Shown here: positions 52,029 to 60,821 of the stretch, one piece after another | Position numbering within the stretch: the stretch's first letter is position 1 | Layout of the letters: each line of letters begins with the position of its first letter | Origin: Nanobdellota archaeon | GTDB taxonomy: Archaea > Nanobdellota > Nanobdellia > Pacearchaeales > GW2011-AR1 | Assembly (NCBI GenBank): GCA_022561055.1 | Contig: JADFRY010000003.1 | Location: 35,357 to 99,356 of the forward strand | Direction of reading: 5' to 3' | DNA length: 64,000 nucleotides | Made by a program: the position numbers and the translations under genes | The notes under the pieces: generated by a model | What the model was told of the DNA's origin: nothing | Database searches by the model: none | What the model saw: only the letters and a program-made list of their open reading frames with translations

Positions 52029-53225
52029 TTGAATAAAGGTTTATTAAAAGGAAGTATAATTCTCTTAATATCTTTTAATTTATTTAATTTTCTTAATTTT
52101 ATTTTCAATATTTCCATGGCGCGCCTCCTAACTCTTGCAGAATATGGTGTCCTTACAACTTTAATCTCCTTAATTATCATTTTTGCGATTTTTAGTGAAT
52201 CTATCCAAACAGTTTTATCAAAGTATACGACAAAAGAGAAAGTCAGGGGAAAACTAAAAAATCTTGCGAAAAAAGCTTTTCGTAAGGCAGGAACTATTTC
52301 AATAATAATTTTAATTATTTATCTCATAATTGGTTTATTTATTGCACAGTTTTTGAATATTAGTTATTCTTTGATTAGTTTAACAGGGATTATGTTGTTT
52401 ATTTCCTTTTTCATACCTGTAACAAGGGGGATTCTCCAAGGCAGAAAACAATTTTCTTCTCTTGGAATAAATATGGTTTGGGAAGGACTTATTAAACTTG
52501 TACTTTCTATTGGGCTTGTAATTCTTGGAATAGGGGTACTTGGGGCTCTTCTAGGAATGATTATAGGCTCTGCCGGGGCTTTCTTAATTTCATTATTTAG
52601 CCTCAGAGATATTTTTATCACAAAAGAAAAAAAGATAAAAACTCCAGAAATATATACATATACAAAACCTGTCTTTATAACAACCTTAGCCATTGTGCTT
52701 TTTTTAAGCTTTGATATAATTCTAGCAAGAAGATTCTTTAGTCCAGACATAGTAGGAGTTTATGCTATAGGATCAACAATAGCAAAAATTATTTTTATTG
52801 GAACTCACCCAATAAGCAAAGCTATGTTTCCGATATCTAGTGAAACAAAAAAACCTAAAGATTCTCTTAAAGTATTAAAAAATTCTATTGCAATTTTAGT
52901 GGTATTAATAGCTCTAGCATTAGTTTTTATTTTCTTTTTTGCAGATTTAATTATCTGGCTCTTCGCTGGAAGATATATTCCTGAAGCTGCTAGCATACTT
53001 TTCTATTTGGCAATTGCAATGAGTCTCTTATCATTGACCAATCTAATCTTACTCTATAATCTTTCCCTTGGAATATTAAAATCATCTTGGCTTTTATTAG
53101 TTTTTATAGTAATTCAAGTTATTCTTCTCAGCGTATTTAACTCAAACTTAATTGAATTTTCATTTGCTTTAATAACTTCAGCAGCGGCTTTTCTATGGGG
53201 TGCTATATTCTTGCTAAAGAAGTAA
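52029..53225 (+). CDS. MOP-superfamily oligosaccharide flippase (Wzx/AglR-like)
   Basis: 398 aa with about 12 TM. N-terminal LNFIFNISMARLLTLAEYGVL is typical of polysaccharide biosynthesis proteins. TTG start in the ORF track. Confidence 0.7.
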   Translation: MNKGLLKGSIILLISFNLFNFLNFIFNISMARLLTLAEYGVLTTLISLIIIFAIFSESIQTVLSKYTTKEKVRGKLKNLAKKAFRKAGTISIIILIIYLIIGLFIAQFLNISYSLISLTGIMLFISFFIPVTRGILQGRKQFSSLGINMVWEGLIKLVLSIGLVILGIGVLGALLGMIIGSAGAFLISLFSLRDIFITKEKKIKTPEIYTYTKPVFITTLAIVLFLSFDIILARRFFSPDIVGVYAIGSTIAKIIFIGTHPISKAMFPISSETKKPKDSLKVLKNSIAILVVLIALALVFIFFFADLIIWLFAGRYIPEAASILFYLAIAMSLLSLTNLILLYNLSLGILKSSWLLLVFIVIQVILLSVFNSNLIEFSFALITSAAAFLWGAIFLLKK

Positions 53226-53263
53226 TTAGTTAATTTTATATGGTAAAATGAACTACTTTCAGC

Positions 53264-53950
53264 ATGAGAAAAAAGCAGAAGAATTCACGTAGATTGTTTA
53301 TTCCACTTGTAATTATAATAATCGTAGGATTAGTTATTATTTTTATATTGAATGATAATGAGATAGAGTCTACTGAAGAAAGTGCCGTTTCTATCGGAGA
53401 TTCTAACTTTATCCAGGATGAGTTCCCTAATGCGGAAGGGTTGCATTGGGGCCACATGCCAGTTACTTATTTTTTCTCAAGGGAAGCCTGTGGAGTCAAA
53501 CAAGAAAAAAGAATTATAGATGCTTTTAATATATTAGAAGAGAGAACAGAGGGAATTGTTTCTTTTAAAGAATTAGAGTCTGTTTCGGAAGTAAATATAT
53601 ACATAATCTGTATAGAAAAAAGTCAGAAAAGTATAGCAGAGGAACTTGATAGAACTGGGGGTGTTAGACGTTATGTAGCATATTACTACAACATAAGCAA
53701 TATAATAACAGAAGCAGGAATTACTTTTTTCCTCGGGCCAGGAAAAATTCCTCATAGAGATTGTAATTTATTTCCTGATGAAGAAATTCGCAATATATTA
53801 CTTGCCTCTGGTTTTGAATTAACCAATAAAACAACAAATCCTACAAATGAAACAAATCACATCTTAAGTGAGAATTTACGCCCGCGTCGTTGCCCATATG
53901 AAGTAAATGAAGATATTGTAGATAAACTAATAGATACATATAGTGAGTAA
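53264..53950 (+). CDS. N-terminally anchored hypothetical protein
   Basis: Basic N-terminus plus TM (LFIPLVIIIIVGLVIIFIL). Extracytoplasmic domain of unknown function, no HExxH. Confidence 0.4.
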   Translation: MRKKQKNSRRLFIPLVIIIIVGLVIIFILNDNEIESTEESAVSIGDSNFIQDEFPNAEGLHWGHMPVTYFFSREACGVKQEKRIIDAFNILEERTEGIVSFKELESVSEVNIYIICIEKSQKSIAEELDRTGGVRRYVAYYYNISNIITEAGITFFLGPGKIPHRDCNLFPDEEIRNILLASGFELTNKTTNPTNETNHILSENLRPRRCPYEVNEDIVDKLIDTYSE

Positions 53951-54010
53951 AGATAGAATTGTGTCCAAGTAGTCAAATAACTTTAAAAGGCCTCGCTTTT
54001 ATAAATTTTA

Positions 54011-54787
54011 ATGAAAACTATATCCATAATCATTCCAGCTCATAATGAGGAAAAAAGAATTGGGAAAACCTTAGAGTCTTATTATCATTATTTTGAAGCT
54101 CTTAAAAAAAATAAAATTTTAGATTATGAGATCTTGGTAGTAATAAATAACACTCGAGATAAAACTGAAGAAATAGTTAGGAGTGCTATTTTAAAGAATA
54201 AAAAAATTTCTTACTTAAATTTAGAGAAGGGTGGAAAGGGATATGCTATTATAGAAGGATTTAAAGATGCATTAAGAAGAGATAATGATCTAATAGGATT
54301 TGTAGATGCTGACCTCGCCACAAGTCCAGAAGCTTTTTACGATTTAGTGAAAAAAATAGATAATTACGATGGGATTATTGCTGGCCGTTATTTAAGGGGG
54401 GCGGTTATCAAACCTAAAAATACCTTTGCCAGAATAATGGCCTCACGAGTTTATAATATACTTATTCGCTCTATTTTTCTAATGCCTTATAGAGATACAC
54501 AATGCGGTGCAAAGCTATTTAGACATAAAGCACTAGAAGCCGTAATAAATAATATTGGCATGACAAAATTTGCCTTTGATGTTGAGTTAATTTATAAAAT
54601 AAGAAAGAGAGGTCTCAGAATAAAAGAAGTTCCAACAATATGGGCAGATAAAGGATATGCTACAATAAACTTCTGGCAGTCGGGTCCTTGGATGGCGCTT
54701 GCTATAATTAGGCTAAGAATTTTAAACTCTCCCTTAAGAAGATTTATAAGAATTTATGATAAATTAGTGGGGTTTGTTCCAAAATGA
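54011..54787 (+). CDS. GT2 glycosyltransferase, dolichyl-phosphate hexose synthase-like
   Basis: ISIIIPAHNEEKRIGKTL, GFVDADLATSP (DxD), QCGAKLF. Confidence 0.85.
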   Translation: MKTISIIIPAHNEEKRIGKTLESYYHYFEALKKNKILDYEILVVINNTRDKTEEIVRSAILKNKKISYLNLEKGGKGYAIIEGFKDALRRDNDLIGFVDADLATSPEAFYDLVKKIDNYDGIIAGRYLRGAVIKPKNTFARIMASRVYNILIRSIFLMPYRDTQCGAKLFRHKALEAVINNIGMTKFAFDVELIYKIRKRGLRIKEVPTIWADKGYATINFWQSGPWMALAIIRLRILNSPLRRFIRIYDKLVGFVPK

Positions 54788-55314
54788 AAAAACTAAACTT
54801 TGGTTGTGGACCTGACATTAAAAAGAGCACTAAAAATGAAAAATGGATCAATATGGATATATTAAAACTTCCCGGTATAGATGTTGTACATGATTTTAAT
54901 AAGTTTCCTTATCCTTTTAAAAATAATGAGTTTGATGTGGTCTATACCTCTCATGTTCTTGAACATATGGATGATTTAATTAAAGTAATGAAAGAACTAA
55001 AAAGGATATGTAAGCCGGGAGCTAAAATTATAATAAGAGTGCCACATTTTTCTTGTGGGGTCAGCTATAGAGATCCAACACATAAAAGATTATTTAGTTA
55101 TTTTACATTTGAATATTTTACTGAAGATTGTTTTTATGGATTACCAAAATTTAAAATTGTTAAGAGAAAGCTTAACTTTACAAGATTGGCTTTTCCTTCA
55201 TTAAATTATATTTTCAATCCCTTAATAAACATAAATCCTGCATTGTACGAAAGATTTTTTTGTTGGGTTTTGCCTTGTGCTGAATGCTTATTTGAATTAG
55301 AGGTGGTGAAATGA
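54784..55314 (+). CDS. Class I SAM-dependent methyltransferase
   Basis: KLNFGCGPD (motif I), DVVYTSHVLEHM. ATGA overlap with the upstream GT2. Confidence 0.7.
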   Translation: MKKLNFGCGPDIKKSTKNEKWINMDILKLPGIDVVHDFNKFPYPFKNNEFDVVYTSHVLEHMDDLIKVMKELKRICKPGAKIIIRVPHFSCGVSYRDPTHKRLFSYFTFEYFTEDCFYGLPKFKIVKRKLNFTRLAFPSLNYIFNPLININPALYERFFCWVLPCAECLFELEVVK

Positions 55315-56234
55315 GGGCGAAGATATCTGTTGTGGTACCCATAGATCCGAGAAGGAAAACAGGGGTTGTAAGCAGTATAAAAAAGCAAAGAGATCCTTCC
55401 TGCATACCAATACTAGAAGCTGGTCCTAACACCTCTACGAATAGAAATAGGGGAGCAAAAAAAGCTAAAACACCAATAATCGCTTTCGCGAATATGCATA
55501 CGGTATTGGCTGACAACTGGTCAACTAAAGTTATAGATTTTTTTGAAAAACACCCTGAAATAGATATTGTTGGCGGCCCTCATTTAACACCAAAAGGAGA
55601 AACTCGCTTCGGAAAAATTAGTGGGTATGTTCTAGGCTCTATGTTCGGAGCGGCAGAGTCGAGTGCTAGGTACAATGTTCGAAAGGAAATTCTAGATGCA
55701 GATGAAAAATATTTCACTGCTGCAAATTTAGCGTGTAAAAGAGAAGTCTTAGAAAAAGTTCAATTTGATGAATCCCTCTATCCCGGAGAAGACCCTAATT
55801 TTATAAAAGACGCTGTAAAAGCAGGATTCAAGGTAGCCTATTCTCCAGAACTTATAACCTACCAGCCAAGAAGAGCAAAATTAAAAGATTTTGTAAGGCA
55901 AATATTTTTTTATGCAACTGCTCGTCCTAAAAAAGAGACTTTTAAAGAAACCTTAGCAATGCCCTCCTATTTAGTACCTCCTCTATTTGTGATCTACCTT
56001 GCTTTTCTTCCAACTCTCTTCTTGTTAAATTTATTTTTCCTCGCACCCCTGATGCTTTATTTGATATTGGACATTTGGTTCTCTATCTATGAGGGAATGA
56101 AAAACAGAGATCTGCCGGCGATCTTTTTCCTTCCATTTTTATTCCCAATAATTCACATTACCTACGGATTAGGATTTATTTACGGGTTTATCGAACATAT
56201 TAGAAAAAAACCACATTATAATCCATACCAATAA
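55311..56234 (+). CDS. GT2-like glycosyltransferase with C-terminal TM segments
   Basis: KISVVVPI, NRNRGAKKAKTPIIAFANMH (DxD position reads NMH), YPGEDPNF. Confidence 0.55.
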   Translation: MRAKISVVVPIDPRRKTGVVSSIKKQRDPSCIPILEAGPNTSTNRNRGAKKAKTPIIAFANMHTVLADNWSTKVIDFFEKHPEIDIVGGPHLTPKGETRFGKISGYVLGSMFGAAESSARYNVRKEILDADEKYFTAANLACKREVLEKVQFDESLYPGEDPNFIKDAVKAGFKVAYSPELITYQPRRAKLKDFVRQIFFYATARPKKETFKETLAMPSYLVPPLFVIYLAFLPTLFLLNLFFLAPLMLYLILDIWFSIYEGMKNRDLPAIFFLPFLFPIIHITYGLGFIYGFIEHIRKKPHYNPYQ

Positions 56235-56274
56235 AATTTATAAAACCAAAGCCTTAAGTGGGTTGATAGATAAG

Positions 56275-56356
56275 ATGAGAATAGTAGTCACAGGGGGATC
56301 GGGATTCATAGGAAGCAATTTTCTTAGATTTATGATAGAGAAATATCCTGAATATG
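56275..56356 (+). repeat. Left arm of an 82-nt perfect inverted repeat (5' end of paralog A)
   Basis: Base-by-base comparison shows 56275-56356 identical to the reverse complement of 59699-59780. Identity starts at the ATG and ends abruptly after codon 27. Confidence 0.95.
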
Positions 56357-57219
56357 ATTTCATTAATTTTAGTAAAGGCCGATCAAGTAGATTAAAATAT
56401 GTTGAAAACAAGGCAAATTATAAATTAGTAGAAGGAAACTTGTGTGATAAAAAGAAACTCCAAGGACTGCTAAAAAATACTGATTGTATTTTTCATTTTG
56501 CTGCAGAGTCGCGTGTCGATAGTTCTATTAAATTCCCTGAGAGAACCATAAGATCAAATATAGAAGGAACGAATTTTTTATTAGAAGCAGCAAAAAACAA
56601 TAATGTAAAAAAGTTCATCTATTTCAGTACATCAGAGGTATATGGTGAAAAATTAGAAGGGTGTTTTAAGGAATCAGATAGACTCAATCCTAAAAATCCA
56701 TATGCAGATTCCAAGGCTGCCGCAGAAGTTTTATCGATGACATATCACCACGCTTATGGGTTGCCAGTTATTATCGTAAGGACTTGTAATGTTTTTGGTC
56801 CATATCAAAATCCAGATAGAATTATTCCTAGGTTTATAACCAACCTGTTAAAAAATGAAAAAATACCCCTTTATGGAGACGGCTCAAACTTTAGGACATA
56901 TATTTACATAGAGGATCTTTGTAATGCTTTAAACATACTTTTTAATAAAGGGGAGGTAGGAGAAGCCTATAATATAAGTACTTCTGATGAAATAACAAAC
57001 ATAGATCTAACAAGAAGAATATTAAAAAGATTGGGAAAAAGCGAAAGCTCTATTGAATTCGTTCCTGGAAGGAAATTAGATAACAGAAGATTTCTTCTTG
57101 ACACGAATAAAATCCATTCTCTAGGATGGGAACAGAAGACAAAATTCGAAGACGCACTTAATAAAACAATAGAATGGTATAAGAATAACAAAAACTGGTT
57201 ATCTAATTCTATGAACTAG
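56275..57219 (+). CDS. NAD-dependent sugar epimerase/dehydratase (RmlB-like paralog A)
   Basis: VTGGSGFIGSNF Rossmann motif, catalytic YADSK. Lacks the DKLTY-x-GN motif of true RmlB. I prefer ATG 56275 over TTG 56263. Confidence 0.8.
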   Translation: MRIVVTGGSGFIGSNFLRFMIEKYPEYDFINFSKGRSSRLKYVENKANYKLVEGNLCDKKKLQGLLKNTDCIFHFAAESRVDSSIKFPERTIRSNIEGTNFLLEAAKNNNVKKFIYFSTSEVYGEKLEGCFKESDRLNPKNPYADSKAAAEVLSMTYHHAYGLPVIIVRTCNVFGPYQNPDRIIPRFITNLLKNEKIPLYGDGSNFRTYIYIEDLCNALNILFNKGEVGEAYNISTSDEITNIDLTRRILKRLGKSESSIEFVPGRKLDNRRFLLDTNKIHSLGWEQKTKFEDALNKTIEWYKNNKNWLSNSMN

Positions 57220-57223
57220 TTTT

Positions 57224-57952
57224 TTACTTCTTCCCCCTAATTCCAGCAACTTCTTTATTTACCCTACTTAGTTCTTCTATACTTCCTGCATCTAACCACG
57301 TTTCGGATAGCTTACTCGCTTTTAGTGTGCCCCTTCTAATATACTCATTTTGAACATCTGAAATTTCTAACTCTCCTCTTGCACTTGGTTTTAGCGTGTC
57401 GATAATATCAAAGACACTTGGAGTAAACATGAGAACCCCTATAGAAACAAGGTTTGTCGGAGGAATATCTGGTTTTTCAACTATCTTTACAACTTTATCC
57501 CCTTCCATTATAGCCACTCCTGCTTTTTTCGCTTCTTCTGGAGTTGTTTCATAGAGAAGAATCCTAGCTTCTTCATTCCCCTTCTCAAATTCTTCTACAA
57601 AAGAATTAATATCTTCAAAAAGAATGTTATCTCCATTAACCGAAATAAATTTATCTTTTCCGATAAATTCTTTAGCGAGGCCAATTGCTTGTGGAATTCC
57701 TCCAGCCTCATCCTGCACCCTAAATGTAAAATTCACTCCAAAATCTTTTCCACTTCCCAATAACGCAAATATTGAACCAGCATGGTGTGTTCCAGTAACA
57801 ACCAAAATATCTTTAACCCCTGCTTTTTTTAAAATTTCAATTGGATAATAAATCATTGGCTTATCATAGATAGGCAACAAATGTTTGTTAGTAACTTTCG
57901 TAAGAGGCAACAATCTTGAACCAGTGCCGCCTGCTAAGATAACTCCTTTCAT
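57224..57952 (-). CDS. rfbA: Glucose-1-phosphate thymidylyltransferase (short form)
   Basis: MKGVILAGGTGSRLLPLTKVTNKHLLPIYDKPMIYYPIE. Confidence 0.85.
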   Translation of the reverse strand: MKGVILAGGTGSRLLPLTKVTNKHLLPIYDKPMIYYPIEILKKAGVKDILVVTGTHHAGSIFALLGSGKDFGVNFTFRVQDEAGGIPQAIGLAKEFIGKDKFISVNGDNILFEDINSFVEEFEKGNEEARILLYETTPEEAKKAGVAIMEGDKVVKIVEKPDIPPTNLVSIGVLMFTPSVFDIIDTLKPSARGELEISDVQNEYIRRGTLKASKLSETWLDAGSIEELSRVNKEVAGIRGKK

Positions 57953-58797
57953 GACAAACTACCTCCAAGTTTTTCATTTTTTACATATTCTTTTAAACAC
58001 CTTTCTACAGCATCTTCAGAACTAGGAATGTCCATAAAACTCTCAAGTTTTCTAGTCGAGAGAACACAATTTGATCTTTTGGCTTTTGTCATCTTATCTA
58101 ACTCATCTGAAGATATAGTTTCGAAATTTAAATCTTTCCCTGAAAATTCCTGATACTTCTTAAGAATCTCATCATGTGTAATTGCACCCTTGTTAACAAC
58201 ATTAAATATTCCTTTGTGTCCACCATGCATTAATTTTTTTGATATTTGTAATAAGTCCTGTACATAAGTAATCGAGTTTGGCATAACAAGGACTTTTTTA
58301 TACCCGAGAAGTTTTGTTATTAGGTTTCTTTGATTTGGTTCATCGTCGAGTGGCATTCTTATCCTCAACTGTAAAACGTTATCAAAATCACCTAGGATCT
58401 TCTCAGATATTATCTTAGAGATACTGTAAATACTTCCACTAAAGTTTGGTTCATCTGTTTCGCTAAACCCCTCCCCACCCTTTTCTCCCTCATATTCACA
58501 GCCACTCCCTATGTGTACCATTGTCTTGCCTATTTCTTTAGATGCCAAAGCGAGATAGATTGGTGCTATAACATTAGACATAAAAGTGACAGTTTTATTG
58601 TCCTCACACCAGTCGACGTTTGGAACTCCTGTTTTTCCCATACAATTTATAACAAACTCTGGATCGTGTTTGGCTATTTCCTTTCTAGCATCTTCTAATG
58701 TTTCTATTCTTGTTTTTGAAACTAAACTATCATCTAAGAAATCTCCAAATTTATTTCCTAAATACCCATCTCCAAATATCAAATATTTTACTGTCAT
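57949..58797 (-). CDS. NRS/ER-like 4-keto-6-deoxyhexose 3,5-epimerase/4-reductase (eukaryote/giant-virus-type rhamnose synthase module)
   Basis: YLIFGDGYLGNKF, GVPNVDWCEDNK, PNFSGSIYSISK, LRIRMPLDDEPNQRNLITKL, MPNSITYV resemble plant NRS/ER as I recall it. Start ATG 58797 overlaps the rfbB stop (TAATG). Confidence 0.6.
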   Translation of the reverse strand: MTVKYLIFGDGYLGNKFGDFLDDSLVSKTRIETLEDARKEIAKHDPEFVINCMGKTGVPNVDWCEDNKTVTFMSNVIAPIYLALASKEIGKTMVHIGSGCEYEGEKGGEGFSETDEPNFSGSIYSISKIISEKILGDFDNVLQLRIRMPLDDEPNQRNLITKLLGYKKVLVMPNSITYVQDLLQISKKLMHGGHKGIFNVVNKGAITHDEILKKYQEFSGKDLNFETISSDELDKMTKAKRSNCVLSTRKLESFMDIPSSEDAVERCLKEYVKNEKLGGSLS

Positions 58798-59780
58798 TAT
58801 GATGTTCTCCTGTTTGGTGTGTTTTTTAGAGGCCCCCACCAACTCTCGTTGTTTTTATACCACTCTATCGATTCTGCTAGAGCCCCTTGGAAATCAAATC
58901 TTGGTTTCCAACCAAGGTCTTCTATTTTCTTAGTATTCACAGAATATCTTAAATCATGTCCTAATCTATCTTCAACATGTTCTATGTGAGATTCATCCTT
59001 GCCCATTTGTTTTAGTATTTCTTTAGTCAATTCTATGTTCTGCAATTCATTGCTGCCACCAATATTATAGATTTCCCCAACATTTCCCTTGTGTATTATA
59101 AAATCTATCGCCTCACAATTATCTTGAACATAAATCCAGTCCCTAACATTTTTTCCCTCTCCATATAAGGGAACTTTTTTATCTTTAAGTAAATTTGTTA
59201 CAAACAAAGGAATAACTTTTTCAGGGAACTGATAAGGCCCAAAATTATTAGAAGATCTTGTAATAATAATAGGCTGATTAAATGTCTTCATGCACGCTAC
59301 ACAAAGAAGCTCTGCGGCAGCCTTTGAAGCACTGTAAGGGGAAGAGGGAACAAGAAGGTGATCTTCCGAGGAAGATTCTTGATCAAAACCCAATGACCCA
59401 TAAACTTCATCTGTTGAAATCTGGATAAATAGTTTAGCTTTTTTTTCTCTAGCCGTATCAAGTAGAGACTGTGTGCCTAAAACATTGGTCTGTATAAATA
59501 TTCCAGGATTTAGGATAGAATTATCGACATGTGACTCGGCAGCAAAATTAACTAAGACATCCCCTTCTTTTAAAATATTGCCAATAGCTTTCCTGTCACA
59601 TATGTCTTCCTGGAAGAATTGGTAGTTCTCTTTGTTTTCCAAATCAAAAAGATTTTCTTTATTTCCAGAGTAAGTTAATTTATCGATATTTACAAACCCA
59701 TATTCAGGATATTTCTCTATCATAAATCTAAGAAAATTGCTTCCTATGAATCCCGATCCCCCTGTGACTACTATTCTCAT
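58797..59780 (-). CDS. rfbB: dTDP-glucose 4,6-dehydratase (paralog B)
   Basis: VTGGSGFIGSNF, DKLTYSGNKENL, STDEVYG, catalytic YSASK. Confidence 0.85.
   Translation of the reverse strand: MRIVVTGGSGFIGSNFLRFMIEKYPEYGFVNIDKLTYSGNKENLFDLENKENYQFFQEDICDRKAIGNILKEGDVLVNFAAESHVDNSILNPGIFIQTNVLGTQSLLDTAREKKAKLFIQISTDEVYGSLGFDQESSSEDHLLVPSSPYSASKAAAELLCVACMKTFNQPIIITRSSNNFGPYQFPEKVIPLFVTNLLKDKKVPLYGEGKNVRDWIYVQDNCEAIDFIIHKGNVGEIYNIGGSNELQNIELTKEILKQMGKDESHIEHVEDRLGHDLRYSVNTKKIEDLGWKPRFDFQGALAESIEWYKNNESWWGPLKNTPNRRTS
59699..59780 (-). repeat. Right arm of the 82-nt perfect inverted repeat (5' end of rfbB)
   Basis: See left arm 56275-56356. Confidence 0.95.
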
Positions 59781-59867
59781 TGAAATACTCTTTTTGATTA
59801 GTTAATAAGCCTTACTATGCTATGATTTATATATACATATAACCAGCTCAATAATTAGAGAAAGCAA

Positions 59868-60821
59868 ATGAGACCAGAAATATCTATCATTGTTTGTACC
59901 TATAATGCACCAGATCTTGTTGCTAGATGCCTAAATTCTATCTTAAACCAGACCTACAAAAACATTGAGATATTGTGTGTTGATGGTATGAGTATTGATA
60001 AAACAAGGGATGTTGTTAAGAAGTATATGAAGAGAGATAAACGTGTCAAGTTGATTCTTAATAAAAACAGGCTTCCTGAAGGTAAGGGAAATGGAAAATG
60101 GCTTGGTTTTAAAAGAGCTAAGGGAAAGATTATAGGTGTTGTTGATCAGGATAACTTATTACAAAGAGAGGATTTAATAGAAAAAGTCTTAGAGATTTTT
60201 AAAAAAAATAAGGACTTAATAGGTATTTTAGGAGGATTAAAACACGACCTTTCTGATGAAAGAATTGTAAGATATGTTTCTCTTGTTGGAACAGATTCTT
60301 TTTTTGCTTACAGATCTGTGGACTTTATTAGGAACATAAGAAAACTAAAGTCTCATTCAAATATAGAAATCTTTCCTATGCAGGTAGATAATATGACAAT
60401 GACTGGAGGCAACTGCTTTTTCTACAAAAAATCAGACTTAGAAAAGATAGAGGGTTATGAGAAAGACATAGTAACTGTAAGAAAATTGATTAAGTCGGGA
60501 AAGTCCAAGCTTATGATAATTCCTAATGCAACAAAACACTATGCAGAAAATAACCTTTTGACACTAACAAAGAAGAAATTCTTTTGGGGAAAAAAATTCC
60601 AGTTTAATAATGAAGGAGAATTCTCTTACCTTCCATCGACGGCAAAAGAACGTGTAGCTTTTATAAAAAATATTCTCTTTAACTTAACGATAATTCCGAA
60701 TTTCTATTACTCCTCAAAACTGTTCTCAGAATCTAAAGACTTTATTTCCTTTACATTTCCTATTTTTGCGTTTCTAAATACATTAGCTTATGGTGTTAAT
60801 TTTCTAAAAACGAAGTTTTAA
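59868..60821 (+). CDS. GT2 glycosyltransferase
   Basis: ISIIVCTYNAPDLVARCLNSILNQTY, VVDQDN (DxD-like). Confidence 0.8.
   Translation: MRPEISIIVCTYNAPDLVARCLNSILNQTYKNIEILCVDGMSIDKTRDVVKKYMKRDKRVKLILNKNRLPEGKGNGKWLGFKRAKGKIIGVVDQDNLLQREDLIEKVLEIFKKNKDLIGILGGLKHDLSDERIVRYVSLVGTDSFFAYRSVDFIRNIRKLKSHSNIEIFPMQVDNMTMTGGNCFFYKKSDLEKIEGYEKDIVTVRKLIKSGKSKLMIIPNATKHYAENNLLTLTKKKFFWGKKFQFNNEGEFSYLPSTAKERVAFIKNILFNLTIIPNFYYSSKLFSESKDFISFTFPIFAFLNTLAYGVNFLKTKF

Noticed and set aside
60818-60821. Convergent GT2 and GT-C genes share a palindromic TTAA as overlapping stop codons
   Set aside because: It is a real feature of the sequence, but a trivial consequence of compaction. No evidence of function.
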